Part shown: piece after piece, positions 17,157-25,319 of the stretch
Layout: each line of letters begins with the position of its first letter
Numbering within the stretch: position 1 is the stretch's first letter
Notes under the pieces: generated by a model
Told to the model about the DNA's origin: nothing
The model's database searches: none
What the model saw: only the letters and a program-made list of their open reading frames with translations
IMG/VR virus record: IMGVR_UViG_2740892218_000011
DNA length: 33,358 bases
Direction: 5' to 3' (one strand)
Source of the DNA: a virus
Lineage: Duplodnaviria; Heunggongvirae; Uroviricota; Caudoviricetes
Position numbers and translations under genes: made by a program

Positions 17157-17560
17157 GGTTATGGACTTCTCTGGGCGTCGCTTTTCTTCTGATTGCCGCA
17201 TGGGGAGCATCCATGCGTCTGTCGTGGTCGCTGGGCCGGGAGAACGCCAGATACGAAGCGCAGGCCAGCACCCTGAGAAGTACCGTCGACACCATGAATA
17301 TCATCAGCGCCGGGGTACAGGATCTGCAGCAGGTACTGGCACAACTCCGCGCGGAAAATCAGCAACGCAATCAGGACGGAGAGGCCAGACGTGAACAACT
17401 ACGCAACGATATTGCAAAAGATGAATGCGCCCACGCTTTGCCTGACGCTCGTTTTACTGACAGGTTGCGCAGGCACGCAGAACGCGCCACTGCCAGCGCC
17501 GTCAGTCCGGCTTATACCGCAGACGCTGACCATACCGGTAACGCCTCCCCCCTTCCCTGA
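17153..17560 (+). CDS. lysB: LysB-like inner-membrane spanin (i-spanin)
   Basis: 135 aa; N-terminal TM (LGVAFLLIAAWGA) then charged coiled-coil-like region; follows the endolysin. Confidence 0.6.
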   Translation: MRLWTSLGVAFLLIAAWGASMRLSWSLGRENARYEAQASTLRSTVDTMNIISAGVQDLQQVLAQLRAENQQRNQDGEARREQLRNDIAKDECAHALPDARFTDRLRRHAERATASAVSPAYTADADHTGNASPLP

Positions 17561-17711
17561 TACTCCCACCTGGGGAAACCTCGGTATATGGGGCGACCGC
17601 CTTCTGGATGCACTGGAAACCTGTAACACAGATAAACGGGCCATTGAATTACTGGAGCAGCGCAGACTGCAACGACTGAACAACGAGGACAACAGCCATG
17701 CTGAAAACTGA
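17421..17711 (+). CDS. lysC: LysC-like outer-membrane lipoprotein spanin (o-spanin)
   Basis: Starts in the +1 frame inside lysB; lipobox LLTGC after the signal peptide (MNAPTLCLTLVLLTGCAG); proline-rich; overlapped architecture as in P2 lysB/lysC. Confidence 0.6.
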   Translation: MNAPTLCLTLVLLTGCAGTQNAPLPAPSVRLIPQTLTIPVTPPPFPDTPTWGNLGIWGDRLLDALETCNTDKRAIELLEQRRLQRLNNEDNSHAEN

Positions 17712-18165
17712 TTCCCTGCGTGAAGCCATGACCCGTTCATGTCGATGGTGTCACGCCAACCCGGAGAAATTCACCATTTTCGTGGAGAGCGGCAACATTG
17801 AAACGACCGGAGAAACTCCCTCGTTTGCTTACCGCTATCAGATGGTGATGTTTGTCATGGATTACGCCGGGGAGCTGGACGACCTGACGCTGCCGCTGCT
17901 GGCGTGGTTGTCGGAGAATCAGCCGCAGTTGTTGCTCAACCCTGAGCGTAATCAGGACATCAAATTTTCTGCCGTTATTAATGACGATGACAGCGCCGAC
18001 ATCCTGTTTACGCTGCCCCTGCGGGAGCGCGTTCGCGTCACGCGCAGCAGTCAGGGCACACCGCAGGCAGAACACCTGCCAGAGCCAAAACCCCGCATGC
18101 CCTCTTCCGAAGGCGACTGGTCACATGTATTCCAGGATGTGACGTGGGGCGAAAGCGATGGATAA
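17698..18165 (+). CDS. R: Tail completion protein R
   Basis: 155 aa, same size as P2 gpR; position after the lysis cassette. Confidence 0.8.
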   Translation: MLKTDSLREAMTRSCRWCHANPEKFTIFVESGNIETTGETPSFAYRYQMVMFVMDYAGELDDLTLPLLAWLSENQPQLLLNPERNQDIKFSAVINDDDSADILFTLPLRERVRVTRSSQGTPQAEHLPEPKPRMPSSEGDWSHVFQDVTWGESDG

Positions 18166-18793
18166 GGCATTCACCCGCGCGGATGAAACCTTCGAGGCTA
18201 TCCGCGACAGCCTGAATCAGCAGGCCATCAATAACATCGCCAGAAGGCTGGCACAGGATTTACGCCGCGCCCAGCAGGCGCGCATCCGGTCACAGAAAGC
18301 ACCGGACGGGACCGCATGGACACCACGCAGACGCCGCGTAACCCGGATACAGGAGCGCATTCGCTTTATCTGGAATAACGAAACACGCACGCTGAAAAAC
18401 TGGCATCACGACACAGGGAAATACGGGCGAACTATTACCGGGTGGGATGAGGATAAAAACAATATCCGCACGTTTTACCGGGATGACATCGACCGTTTTC
18501 TGGAAATACGCACCCGGCGTATCAACCAGGACAGCACAAAGCACGTCCCCATGTTCGTAAAACTGCGCACCGCCCGTTACCTGAAAGCCCGCGCGGATGC
18601 CTCCGGTGTGACAGTAGGTTACAGCGGCGTGGCCGCACGTATTGCACGCGTTCATCAGTTCGGTGAACGCGATCAGGTTGCGCCGGGTATTTTCACCGAT
18701 TACCCGGTACGTGAGCTGCTGGGTATCAGTCAGGCGGATGAGCGCCTGATTTATAACACGGTGCTGGGCCGGATTGCGGAGGCAGTACAGTGA
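18158..18793 (+). CDS. S: Tail completion / virion morphogenesis protein S
   Basis: 211 aa; gpS position; longer than P2 S (about 150 aa). Confidence 0.7.
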   Translation: MDKAFTRADETFEAIRDSLNQQAINNIARRLAQDLRRAQQARIRSQKAPDGTAWTPRRRRVTRIQERIRFIWNNETRTLKNWHHDTGKYGRTITGWDEDKNNIRTFYRDDIDRFLEIRTRRINQDSTKHVPMFVKLRTARYLKARADASGVTVGYSGVAARIARVHQFGERDQVAPGIFTDYPVRELLGISQADERLIYNTVLGRIAEAVQ

Positions 18794-19371
18794 ACGCAGA
18801 ACTTATGAGACTGCTGAGCAATATCATCCGCACCGGGATCATCTCTGAAGTTGATGAGAAATCCTGGTGCGTGCGGGTCCTCAGCGGCGGACTGGAAACA
18901 GGCTGGTTGCGCTGGAACACCACGCGCGCGGGAGCCTTCAACGTGTGGCTGCCGCCATCAGTGGGCGAACAGGTGGCAATTGCCTGCATCGGCGGCAACC
19001 CGGAAACAGCCATGATAATTGGCAGCCTGTGGAGCGATGACATTCCGGCCCCCGGAAAAAACCTGAAAGAAATCGTGGTCAGCGCGCCGGATGGCGCGGT
19101 GTTCTGCTACGACGCGGACGCAGGCGCACTGAGCGCCAGCGGCATGAAAGCGGCCACCCTGCAGGCATCCGTCAGCGTGAAACTGGACACACCTGTCGTG
19201 GAGTGCACAAACCTTCTGAAAACAGCCGAGATTGACGTCACAAAAGGGGGAAAGATGAGCGGCAATATCACGCACAGCGGCGGCAATTTCACCTCAAACG
19301 GCATCACTGTGCATACGCATAAACACGGTGGCGTTAAAGGCGGCAGCGATTCGACAGGAGGACCGCAGTGA
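18790..19371 (+). CDS. V: Baseplate spike/assembly protein V
   Basis: 193 aa; gpV position; overlapping start with S stop. Confidence 0.85.
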   Translation: MNAELMRLLSNIIRTGIISEVDEKSWCVRVLSGGLETGWLRWNTTRAGAFNVWLPPSVGEQVAIACIGGNPETAMIIGSLWSDDIPAPGKNLKEIVVSAPDGAVFCYDADAGALSASGMKAATLQASVSVKLDTPVVECTNLLKTAEIDVTKGGKMSGNITHSGGNFTSNGITVHTHKHGGVKGGSDSTGGPQ

Positions 19372-19718
19372 CAACCCGCTACACAGGAATGAACCCGGAC
19401 GGGACGGGAAACCTGAACGATATGGAGCACCTGAAACAGTCAGTCAGGGACATCCTGACCACCCCGCTGGCCAGCCGGGTTATGCGACGGGAATATGGCA
19501 GTCTTGTCCCTGATTTGATTGACGAACCCATGAATAACACTACGCGTCTGCAATGCATGAGCGCTGCTGTGATTGCACTGACACGATGGGAGCCACGCAT
19601 TGCCCTGAACGCCATTGATGTTGTCTGGAAGGCGGGAGGCCGCGCCGGGGTGACACTATCGGGTACTGTCATTCAGACCATGCAGAATGTTGAATTAACC
19701 ATCACGCTGAGAGAGTAA
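19368..19718 (+). CDS. W: Baseplate wedge protein W (gp25-like)
   Basis: 116 aa, matches P2 gpW size and position. Confidence 0.85.
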   Translation: MTTRYTGMNPDGTGNLNDMEHLKQSVRDILTTPLASRVMRREYGSLVPDLIDEPMNNTTRLQCMSAAVIALTRWEPRIALNAIDVVWKAGGRAGVTLSGTVIQTMQNVELTITLRE

Positions 19719-19721
19719 ATC

Positions 19722-20618
19722 ATGCCTGCCGTTGACCTTTCACAGTTACCGGAACCCGCCATCATCGCGGAGCCTGATTTTGAGGCAATTCTGGCTGACA
19801 CAAAGGCCATGATGATTGCGGCTTATCCGGCCGAACAGCGCGCCGCCGTCTCCGCCGCGCTGGAGCTGGAATCGGAACCCCTGAACGTTATCGCCCAGAC
19901 AACAGCATTTCGTGAAATGCTGTTACGCCAGCGGGTCAACGAGGGCGCACGCGCCTGCATGTTAAGCCACAGCGCCGGGACAGACCTGGACAACCTCGCG
20001 GGTAATATGAACACAAAGCGCCTGGTTATCACTCCGGCAACGGATACCACCGGCGCGGTGATGGAAAGCGACACCTCGCTGAGACTGCGGGCGCAGCGGG
20101 CGTATGACGGGCTGAGCGTTGCTGGCCCGTCAGGTGCATACGAGTATTTTGCCCGCAGTGCCAGCGGTCTGGTGCGTGATGCGCGGGCTATCAGCCCGTC
20201 TCCGGCCAACGTGACGGTCTCCATCCTGTCCACTGAAGGCGACGGCACAGCAACGGAGGTATTGCTCAATACCGTTCGCACTGCTCTGAACGCGGAGGAC
20301 ACCCGCCCGGTGGCCGACCGCCTGACCGTACAGAGCGCCAGAATCGTGACATGGCGGCTGAATGCAAAACTGTACTTTTACCCCGGCCCGGAATCCGAAC
20401 CTATTCTGGCCGCGGCGGAATCGTCATTCAGGAAGTGGCTGGCTGAACAGGGGCTTATCGGTCAGGACGTGGCGTTGTCCGCCATTGCTGCCGCACTTCA
20501 TGTGCACGGCGTGCAACGCGTGGAGATAATCGAACCCACCCAGAATCTGGCCATCAGCGACATACAGGCGGCGCGCTGTGAGTCATTTACCATCAGCGAA
20601 GGTGGGCGCAATGAGTAA
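19722..20618 (+). CDS. J: Baseplate protein J
   Basis: 298 aa, matches P2 gpJ size and position. Confidence 0.85.
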   Translation: MPAVDLSQLPEPAIIAEPDFEAILADTKAMMIAAYPAEQRAAVSAALELESEPLNVIAQTTAFREMLLRQRVNEGARACMLSHSAGTDLDNLAGNMNTKRLVITPATDTTGAVMESDTSLRLRAQRAYDGLSVAGPSGAYEYFARSASGLVRDARAISPSPANVTVSILSTEGDGTATEVLLNTVRTALNAEDTRPVADRLTVQSARIVTWRLNAKLYFYPGPESEPILAAAESSFRKWLAEQGLIGQDVALSAIAAALHVHGVQRVEIIEPTQNLAISDIQAARCESFTISEGGRNE

Positions 20619-21219
20619 TTCACTGTTACCGCCATCAGCCAGCAGTTTCATGCGTTGTGCCGAAGCCGTTGGAACGCGCATTACAGACATTCCGGTAGAC
20701 CTCAACACGCTGTGGTCGCCGGATACCTGCCCGGTGCATCTGCTGCCTTATCTCGCCTGGGCGTTTTCCGTTGACCGCTGGGACCGCAACTGGCCGGAGG
20801 AAACAAAGCGCCAGGTGATTCGCGATGCGTGGCTGATACACCGACACAAGGGGACCATCAGCGCACTGCGAAGAGCCGTGGAGCCTCTCGGCTACCTGAT
20901 TGAAGTAAAGGAGTGGTGGCAACTCAACGAGGAGCCAGGAACATTTCGCATTGTTGTCGGAGTACTTGATCAGGGCATCACCGATGAAATGTATCAGGAA
21001 CTTGAGCGCCTTATTGCGGATGCAAAACCGGTAAGTCGCCATCTGACGGGGCTGGCGATCAGCCTGAGTGTGCACGGAAAGATTTTCGTTGGTACGGGAT
21101 GCTATCACGGCGATGCCCTGACGGTTTATCCCTACACCCCGGAGTCCATTATTGTCGAAGGGGATTATTTCCCTGCCCCGGCCATTCATTTAATTGATAA
21201 TCTGAGAGTAAACGCATGA
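20611..21219 (+). CDS. I: Baseplate/tail protein I
   Basis: Start at ATG 20611 overlapping the J stop (ATGAGTAA); gpI position. Confidence 0.8.
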   Translation: MSNSLLPPSASSFMRCAEAVGTRITDIPVDLNTLWSPDTCPVHLLPYLAWAFSVDRWDRNWPEETKRQVIRDAWLIHRHKGTISALRRAVEPLGYLIEVKEWWQLNEEPGTFRIVVGVLDQGITDEMYQELERLIADAKPVSRHLTGLAISLSVHGKIFVGTGCYHGDALTVYPYTPESIIVEGDYFPAPAIHLIDNLRVNA

Positions 21220-22715
21220 CAGTGAAATACTACGCTATTCTGACTAATCAGGGCGCAGCACGGCTGGCTAACGCGACGATGCTCGGCAGTAAGCTGAATC
21301 TGACGCAAATGGCCGTTGGTGATGCGAATGGTGTCTTACCGACACCAGACCCGGCACAGACAAAACTGATTAACCAGAAACGCATCGCGCCGCTGAATCT
21401 TCTGAGTGTTGACCCTAACAATCAGAGCCAGATTATTGCGGAGCAAATCATCCCTGAAAACGAGGGCGGATTCTGGATCCGTGAGATTGGACTTTATGAT
21501 GATGAAGGCGTACTCATTGCGGTGGCGAACTGCCCGGAAACGTACAAACCGCAGTTGCAGGAAGGCAGTGGTCGTACCCAGACTATCCGCATGATTCTGG
21601 TTGTCACGAATACCGAAGCTATTACGCTGAAAATCGACCCGTCGGTGGTACTGGCAACCCGTAAATACGTGGATGATGAAGTCCTGGAATTAAGGCTGTA
21701 TGTGGATGACCAGATGAGAAACCACATTGCCGCACAGGATCCTCATACCCAGTATGCACAGAAACATAATCCGACATTTACCGGAGAACCAAAGGCGCCG
21801 ACGCCTGCCGCAGGAAATAACACCACGCGGATTGCGACTACTGCGTTTGTTCAGGCCGCTATTACCGCTCTGATTAACGGTGCGCCAGCCACGCTGGACA
21901 CACTGAAAGAAATTGCCGCAGCCATTAACAATGACCCGAAATTCAGCACCACCATTAACAATGCGCTGGCACTGAAAGCGCCGCTGTCGAGTCCCGCACT
22001 TACCGGAACGCCAACAGCACCTACTGCGGCACAGTCGGTCAACAATACACAAATTGCCACCACGGCTTTTGTGAAATCAGCAATTGCGGCAATGGTGGGT
22101 TCTGCCCCTGCGGCACTGGATACACTGAATGAACTGGCGGCGGCGCTGGGGAATGACCCTAACTTTTCAACAACAGTACTTAATGCACTGGCAGGTAAAC
22201 AACCGCTGGACAATACGCTGACTAATTTGAGTGGAAAGGATGTTGCTGGTCTTCTCGCATACCTTGGTTTGGGGGAAGGTTCTGCGTTGCCTGTTGGTGT
22301 AACAGTTCCGTGGCCTTCAGCCACACCTCCAGAGGGCTGGCTAAAATGCAATGGTGCTGCCTTTGATAAGCTGAAGTATCCCAAACTAGCCACAGCGTAC
22401 CCGTCAGGAAAACTGCCTGATTTACGCGGTGAATTTATTCGTGGCTGGGATGATGGGCGTGGTATTGATGCCGGACGTGCTTTATTGAGTATTCAGAGAG
22501 ATGAGGTTAGAAAGCTCGAATTGAAATACTGGGGACCGGCCTCAAACAGTTCACCATCAAAAACATTTGCAATCAGCGACAGTGCAGGAGGCGGGCTGTA
22601 TACAGATGGAATAAGTCAGTCGGGCGGCGGAGTATTTAATGCCTTTAAGATTCCCGGCGGTAGTGAAACACGCCCGCGAAATATTGCATTTAACTATATT
22701 GTGAGAGCTGCATGA
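21216..22715 (+). CDS. H: Tail fiber protein H (constant N-terminus plus currently expressed variable C-terminus)
   Basis: 499 aa; repeated tail-fiber motifs (TAFV...A...AP..LDTL.E.AAA..ND); the last 150 codons or so lie inside the invertible segment. Confidence 0.85.
   Translation: MTVKYYAILTNQGAARLANATMLGSKLNLTQMAVGDANGVLPTPDPAQTKLINQKRIAPLNLLSVDPNNQSQIIAEQIIPENEGGFWIREIGLYDDEGVLIAVANCPETYKPQLQEGSGRTQTIRMILVVTNTEAITLKIDPSVVLATRKYVDDEVLELRLYVDDQMRNHIAAQDPHTQYAQKHNPTFTGEPKAPTPAAGNNTTRIATTAFVQAAITALINGAPATLDTLKEIAAAINNDPKFSTTINNALALKAPLSSPALTGTPTAPTAAQSVNNTQIATTAFVKSAIAAMVGSAPAALDTLNELAAALGNDPNFSTTVLNALAGKQPLDNTLTNLSGKDVAGLLAYLGLGEGSALPVGVTVPWPSATPPEGWLKCNGAAFDKLKYPKLATAYPSGKLPDLRGEFIRGWDDGRGIDAGRALLSIQRDEVRKLELKYWGPASNSSPSKTFAISDSAGGGLYTDGISQSGGGVFNAFKIPGGSETRPRNIAFNYIVRAA
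22252..22277. repeat. Invertase crossover site, left (hix/gix-like)
   Basis: TTCTCGCATACC-TT-GGTTTGGGGGAA inside H; right half-site resembles gix GGTTTTGGATAA. Confidence 0.55.
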
Positions 22716-23317
22716 TGAATAACGCGATATTAAACAATGAGCTTATTGCCGTACAGGAAGGAAACATTATCGTTTACAACTATAACAGTGAGACAAGGGA
22801 ATATATTTCTGCATCAACCGAATTTCTTGCTGTAGGTGTTGGTATTCCGGCGTATTCCTGTTTAGATGCACCTGGCACACATAAAGCTGGTTATGCTATC
22901 TGCCGTTCAGCAGATTTAAACTCATGGGAGTATGTGCCAGACCATCGCGGTGAAACGGTCTATAACACTGAAACAGGAGAAGCAAAAGAAATTACAGTAC
23001 CGGGAGATTATCCTGAAAATACAACCACTCTCGCTCCGTTAACGTCATACGATAAATGGGATGGTGAGAAATGGGTGACCGATACTGAGGCACAGCATAG
23101 CGCCGCAGTCGAAGCGGCAGAAGCACAGCGCCAGTCACTGATTGATGCTGCTATGGCTTCCATCAGTCTGATTCAACTGAAATTGCAGGCCGGACGGAAA
23201 CTGACGCAGGCAGAAACAACCCGACTTAACGCCGTGCTGGATTACACTGACGCGGTGACGGCAACAGATACCAGCACCGCGCCGGATGTCATCTGGCCTG
23301 AACTGCCGGAGGCGTAG
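22712..23317 (+). CDS. G: Tail fiber assembly chaperone G
   Basis: 201 aa; conserved C-terminus (...DVIWPELPEA) shared with the inverted paralog. Confidence 0.8.
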   Translation: MMNNAILNNELIAVQEGNIIVYNYNSETREYISASTEFLAVGVGIPAYSCLDAPGTHKAGYAICRSADLNSWEYVPDHRGETVYNTETGEAKEITVPGDYPENTTTLAPLTSYDKWDGEKWVTDTEAQHSAAVEAAEAQRQSLIDAAMASISLIQLKLQAGRKLTQAETTRLNAVLDYTDAVTATDTSTAPDVIWPELPEA

Positions 23318-23741
23318 GCCATTTAATATCTGGCGCACCGGAAGTATCGACCAGTTCCAGTGCGTCCAGATAATCCAGCCACAGATTATATTGCGCCAGT
23401 TCCTCGCCTTTCAGACGACCAATAGCCGCTTTACCAGGCCATTGTTTACTGTTCATATAATCGTTGGCCTGATTAATTAGTAGCTGTCTTTCTGATTCAG
23501 TAATTTCAATAAGTTCTTCATGCGTAGGGGCAGGAATATCCGCCCACGCGGGCAGCCCATCACCTCCGGCAATACGGATTTTTCCTTGTGGCGGTTCAGC
23601 CATAAATTCACTGATAATATTTTGACTCACCTCCTTAGCATCTGATAAATCCCATCCCTCTGATTTATATTTATCAATCATATCCACAGGGAAAAAAGCA
23701 TTATGCCTTGCGCTATAAACATATTCGTTCATATAAATCAT
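23289..23741 (-). CDS. Alternative tail fiber assembly chaperone (G')
   Basis: 150 aa on the opposite strand; C-terminus (...PDIKWPTPPAVQAR) homologous to G; 3' ends of G and G' overlap convergently. Confidence 0.75.
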   Translation of the reverse strand: MIYMNEYVYSARHNAFFPVDMIDKYKSEGWDLSDAKEVSQNIISEFMAEPPQGKIRIAGGDGLPAWADIPAPTHEELIEITESERQLLINQANDYMNSKQWPGKAAIGRLKGEELAQYNLWLDYLDALELVDTSGAPDIKWPTPPAVQAR

Positions 23742-23752
23742 CCTGAATAAAA

Positions 23753-24163
23753 TTATTCACCAACAGCCCACCAACTGTAAGTCATTGACACCTTGTCGCT
23801 GGTTGATGCAGTTCTGTAAGCAGAATTAAAGCCGGTTAATGTTGGGCCTTCTACGGACATAACGAATCCACGCCCTGCACCAAAAGGCGCACCGCCATCG
23901 CCAGAATGGGTAAGAATGGCGATATCCGCTTTTTTAGGGAAAGGGATAGGAAATGTAATCCTCATTGTTTGCGTCGATAATTTCGGCATAGCCTCACCAC
24001 GACCATATTGCAGGATTTTCCCGTTGGGTAATTTCATCCATCCATCACCACTGGCAAAAGAGGCCATGTCCGGTATCTGATTTTCCCCTGTCCCCACCCC
24101 TCGTTTTGCTGCTTCTCCCAAACCAACGTTTTTAACTTCGAAAACAGAGCTATCTAATAGCAT
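23753..24163 (-). CDS. Alternative tail fiber C-terminal cassette (H'), expressed only after inversion
   Basis: Minus-strand ORF that crosses the right crossover site in the same codon phase as H; shares the GLGE junction with H. Confidence 0.7.
   Translation of the reverse strand: MLLDSSVFEVKNVGLGEAAKRGVGTGENQIPDMASFASGDGWMKLPNGKILQYGRGEAMPKLSTQTMRITFPIPFPKKADIAILTHSGDGGAPFGAGRGFVMSVEGPTLTGFNSAYRTASTSDKVSMTYSWWAVGE
24113..24138. repeat. Invertase crossover site, right (inverted copy)
   Basis: Reverse complement reads AAGTTAAAAACG-TT-GGTTTGGGAGAA; matches the left site in 15-16 of 18 core positions. Confidence 0.55.
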
Positions 24164-24182
24164 TTTTACTAACAGAAACAGG

Positions 24183-24791
24183 ATGCTTTTTATGCAAATT
24201 GGCTATATTCGCGTATCAACAAATGACCAGAACACGGATTTGCAACGCAATGCGCTCAATAGCGCAGGATGTGAACTGATTTTTGAAGATAAAATCAGCG
24301 GAACAAAATCAGCCAGACCGGGATTGAAAAAACTGCTCAGAACGTTATCAGCGGGGGATACGCTCGTTGTCTGGAAACTGGACAGGCTGGGCAGAAGCAT
24401 GAAACACCTGATCACACTGATTGAGGAATTGCGGAAAAAAGGTGTCAATTTTCGTAGTCTGACGGATTCAATTGATACCAGCACCCCAATGGGACGATTT
24501 TTCTTCCACGTGATGGGCGCCCTGGCTGAAATGGAACGTGAATTAATTGTAGAGCGTACACTGGCCGGACTGGCAGCAGCCCGCGCACAGGGGCGAATTG
24601 GTGGGCGTCGCCCGAAACTGACAAAAGAGCAACATGAGCAAATAGCGAGGCTGATTAAAAACGGCCACGACAGAAAACAGCTGGCCATAATTTACGACAT
24701 CGGTATATCGACGATTTATCGTTATCACCCTGTAGGTGACACGCAACCCGGAGGAATAATTGAGAATACTCAGGAAACAAAAAACCGCTAA
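24183..24791 (+). CDS. Serine DNA invertase (Hin/Gin/Pin/Cin family)
   Basis: 202 aa; N-terminal catalytic region IGYIRVSTNDQNTDLQ with active-site Ser, resolvase fold motifs (VVWKLDRLGRS), C-terminal HTH. Confidence 0.9.
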   Translation: MLFMQIGYIRVSTNDQNTDLQRNALNSAGCELIFEDKISGTKSARPGLKKLLRTLSAGDTLVVWKLDRLGRSMKHLITLIEELRKKGVNFRSLTDSIDTSTPMGRFFFHVMGALAEMERELIVERTLAGLAAARAQGRIGGRRPKLTKEQHEQIARLIKNGHDRKQLAIIYDIGISTIYRYHPVGDTQPGGIIENTQETKNR

Positions 24792-24811
24792 TCTGAACAT
24801 TAGCGGTTTTT
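24781..24811. terminator. Bidirectional rho-independent terminator between convergent invertase and U genes
   Basis: Perfect hairpin AAAACCGCTAAT-CTGAAC-ATTAGCGGTTTTT, A-tract on one side and T-tract on the other; stem includes the invertase stop codon. Confidence 0.6.
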
Positions 24812-24819
24812 ACGTTAAA

Positions 24820-25308
24820 TCAGAACACCCCTTTAACTGAGCTGACCACATTGTTAAGGGATGATGTCACCTTATCTTTAAGACCGGACAGCATATCACT
24901 GAACGATGAGGATTGCAGGCGCTCCCGCAAATCCTCATCACATCGTTCAAGGGTCAGGGAAAACTCTATCTTTTTCGCTTTCCCGTAGCGATCCAGTTCA
25001 GAGCGGGTCGTGCTCGTTTCAGTCAGAACATACATGCCGTAAATCTGCCCGACGCCATCAATCAGAGGCCACGGGCGTCCCGCATACGCCTGCGTGGTCA
25101 GCAGCGACAGCGACACTTCGCCGCCTGTAATCTCAGGATAAAGCACGCCAGAAAGAACGATGCGATCATCACCTGCACCGATATACTGCCAGCTTGCTGA
25201 ACGGTTAACGCGCTCGTTTTTCACATGTCGCCAGCTTTTGTTTTGCTGTAACTGCTGATGCGGCAATGTGCGCAATTCAAAAACAAACATGCCGTAGATC
25301 ATCATCAT
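24820..25308 (-). CDS. U: Tail protein U
   Basis: 162 aa, gpU family size; last gene of the minus-strand tail block. Confidence 0.8.
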   Translation of the reverse strand: MMMIYGMFVFELRTLPHQQLQQNKSWRHVKNERVNRSASWQYIGAGDDRIVLSGVLYPEITGGEVSLSLLTTQAYAGRPWPLIDGVGQIYGMYVLTETSTTRSELDRYGKAKKIEFSLTLERCDEDLRERLQSSSFSDMLSGLKDKVTSSLNNVVSSVKGVF

Positions 25309-25319
25309 GGCACGACTCC

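Larger units (their letters stand above)
22265..24126. other. Invertible tail-fiber host-range segment (about 1.86 kb, G-segment type)
   Basis: Bounded by inverted crossover sites; contains H C-terminus plus G in one orientation and H' plus G' on the other strand; invertase gene immediately adjacent. Confidence 0.6.
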
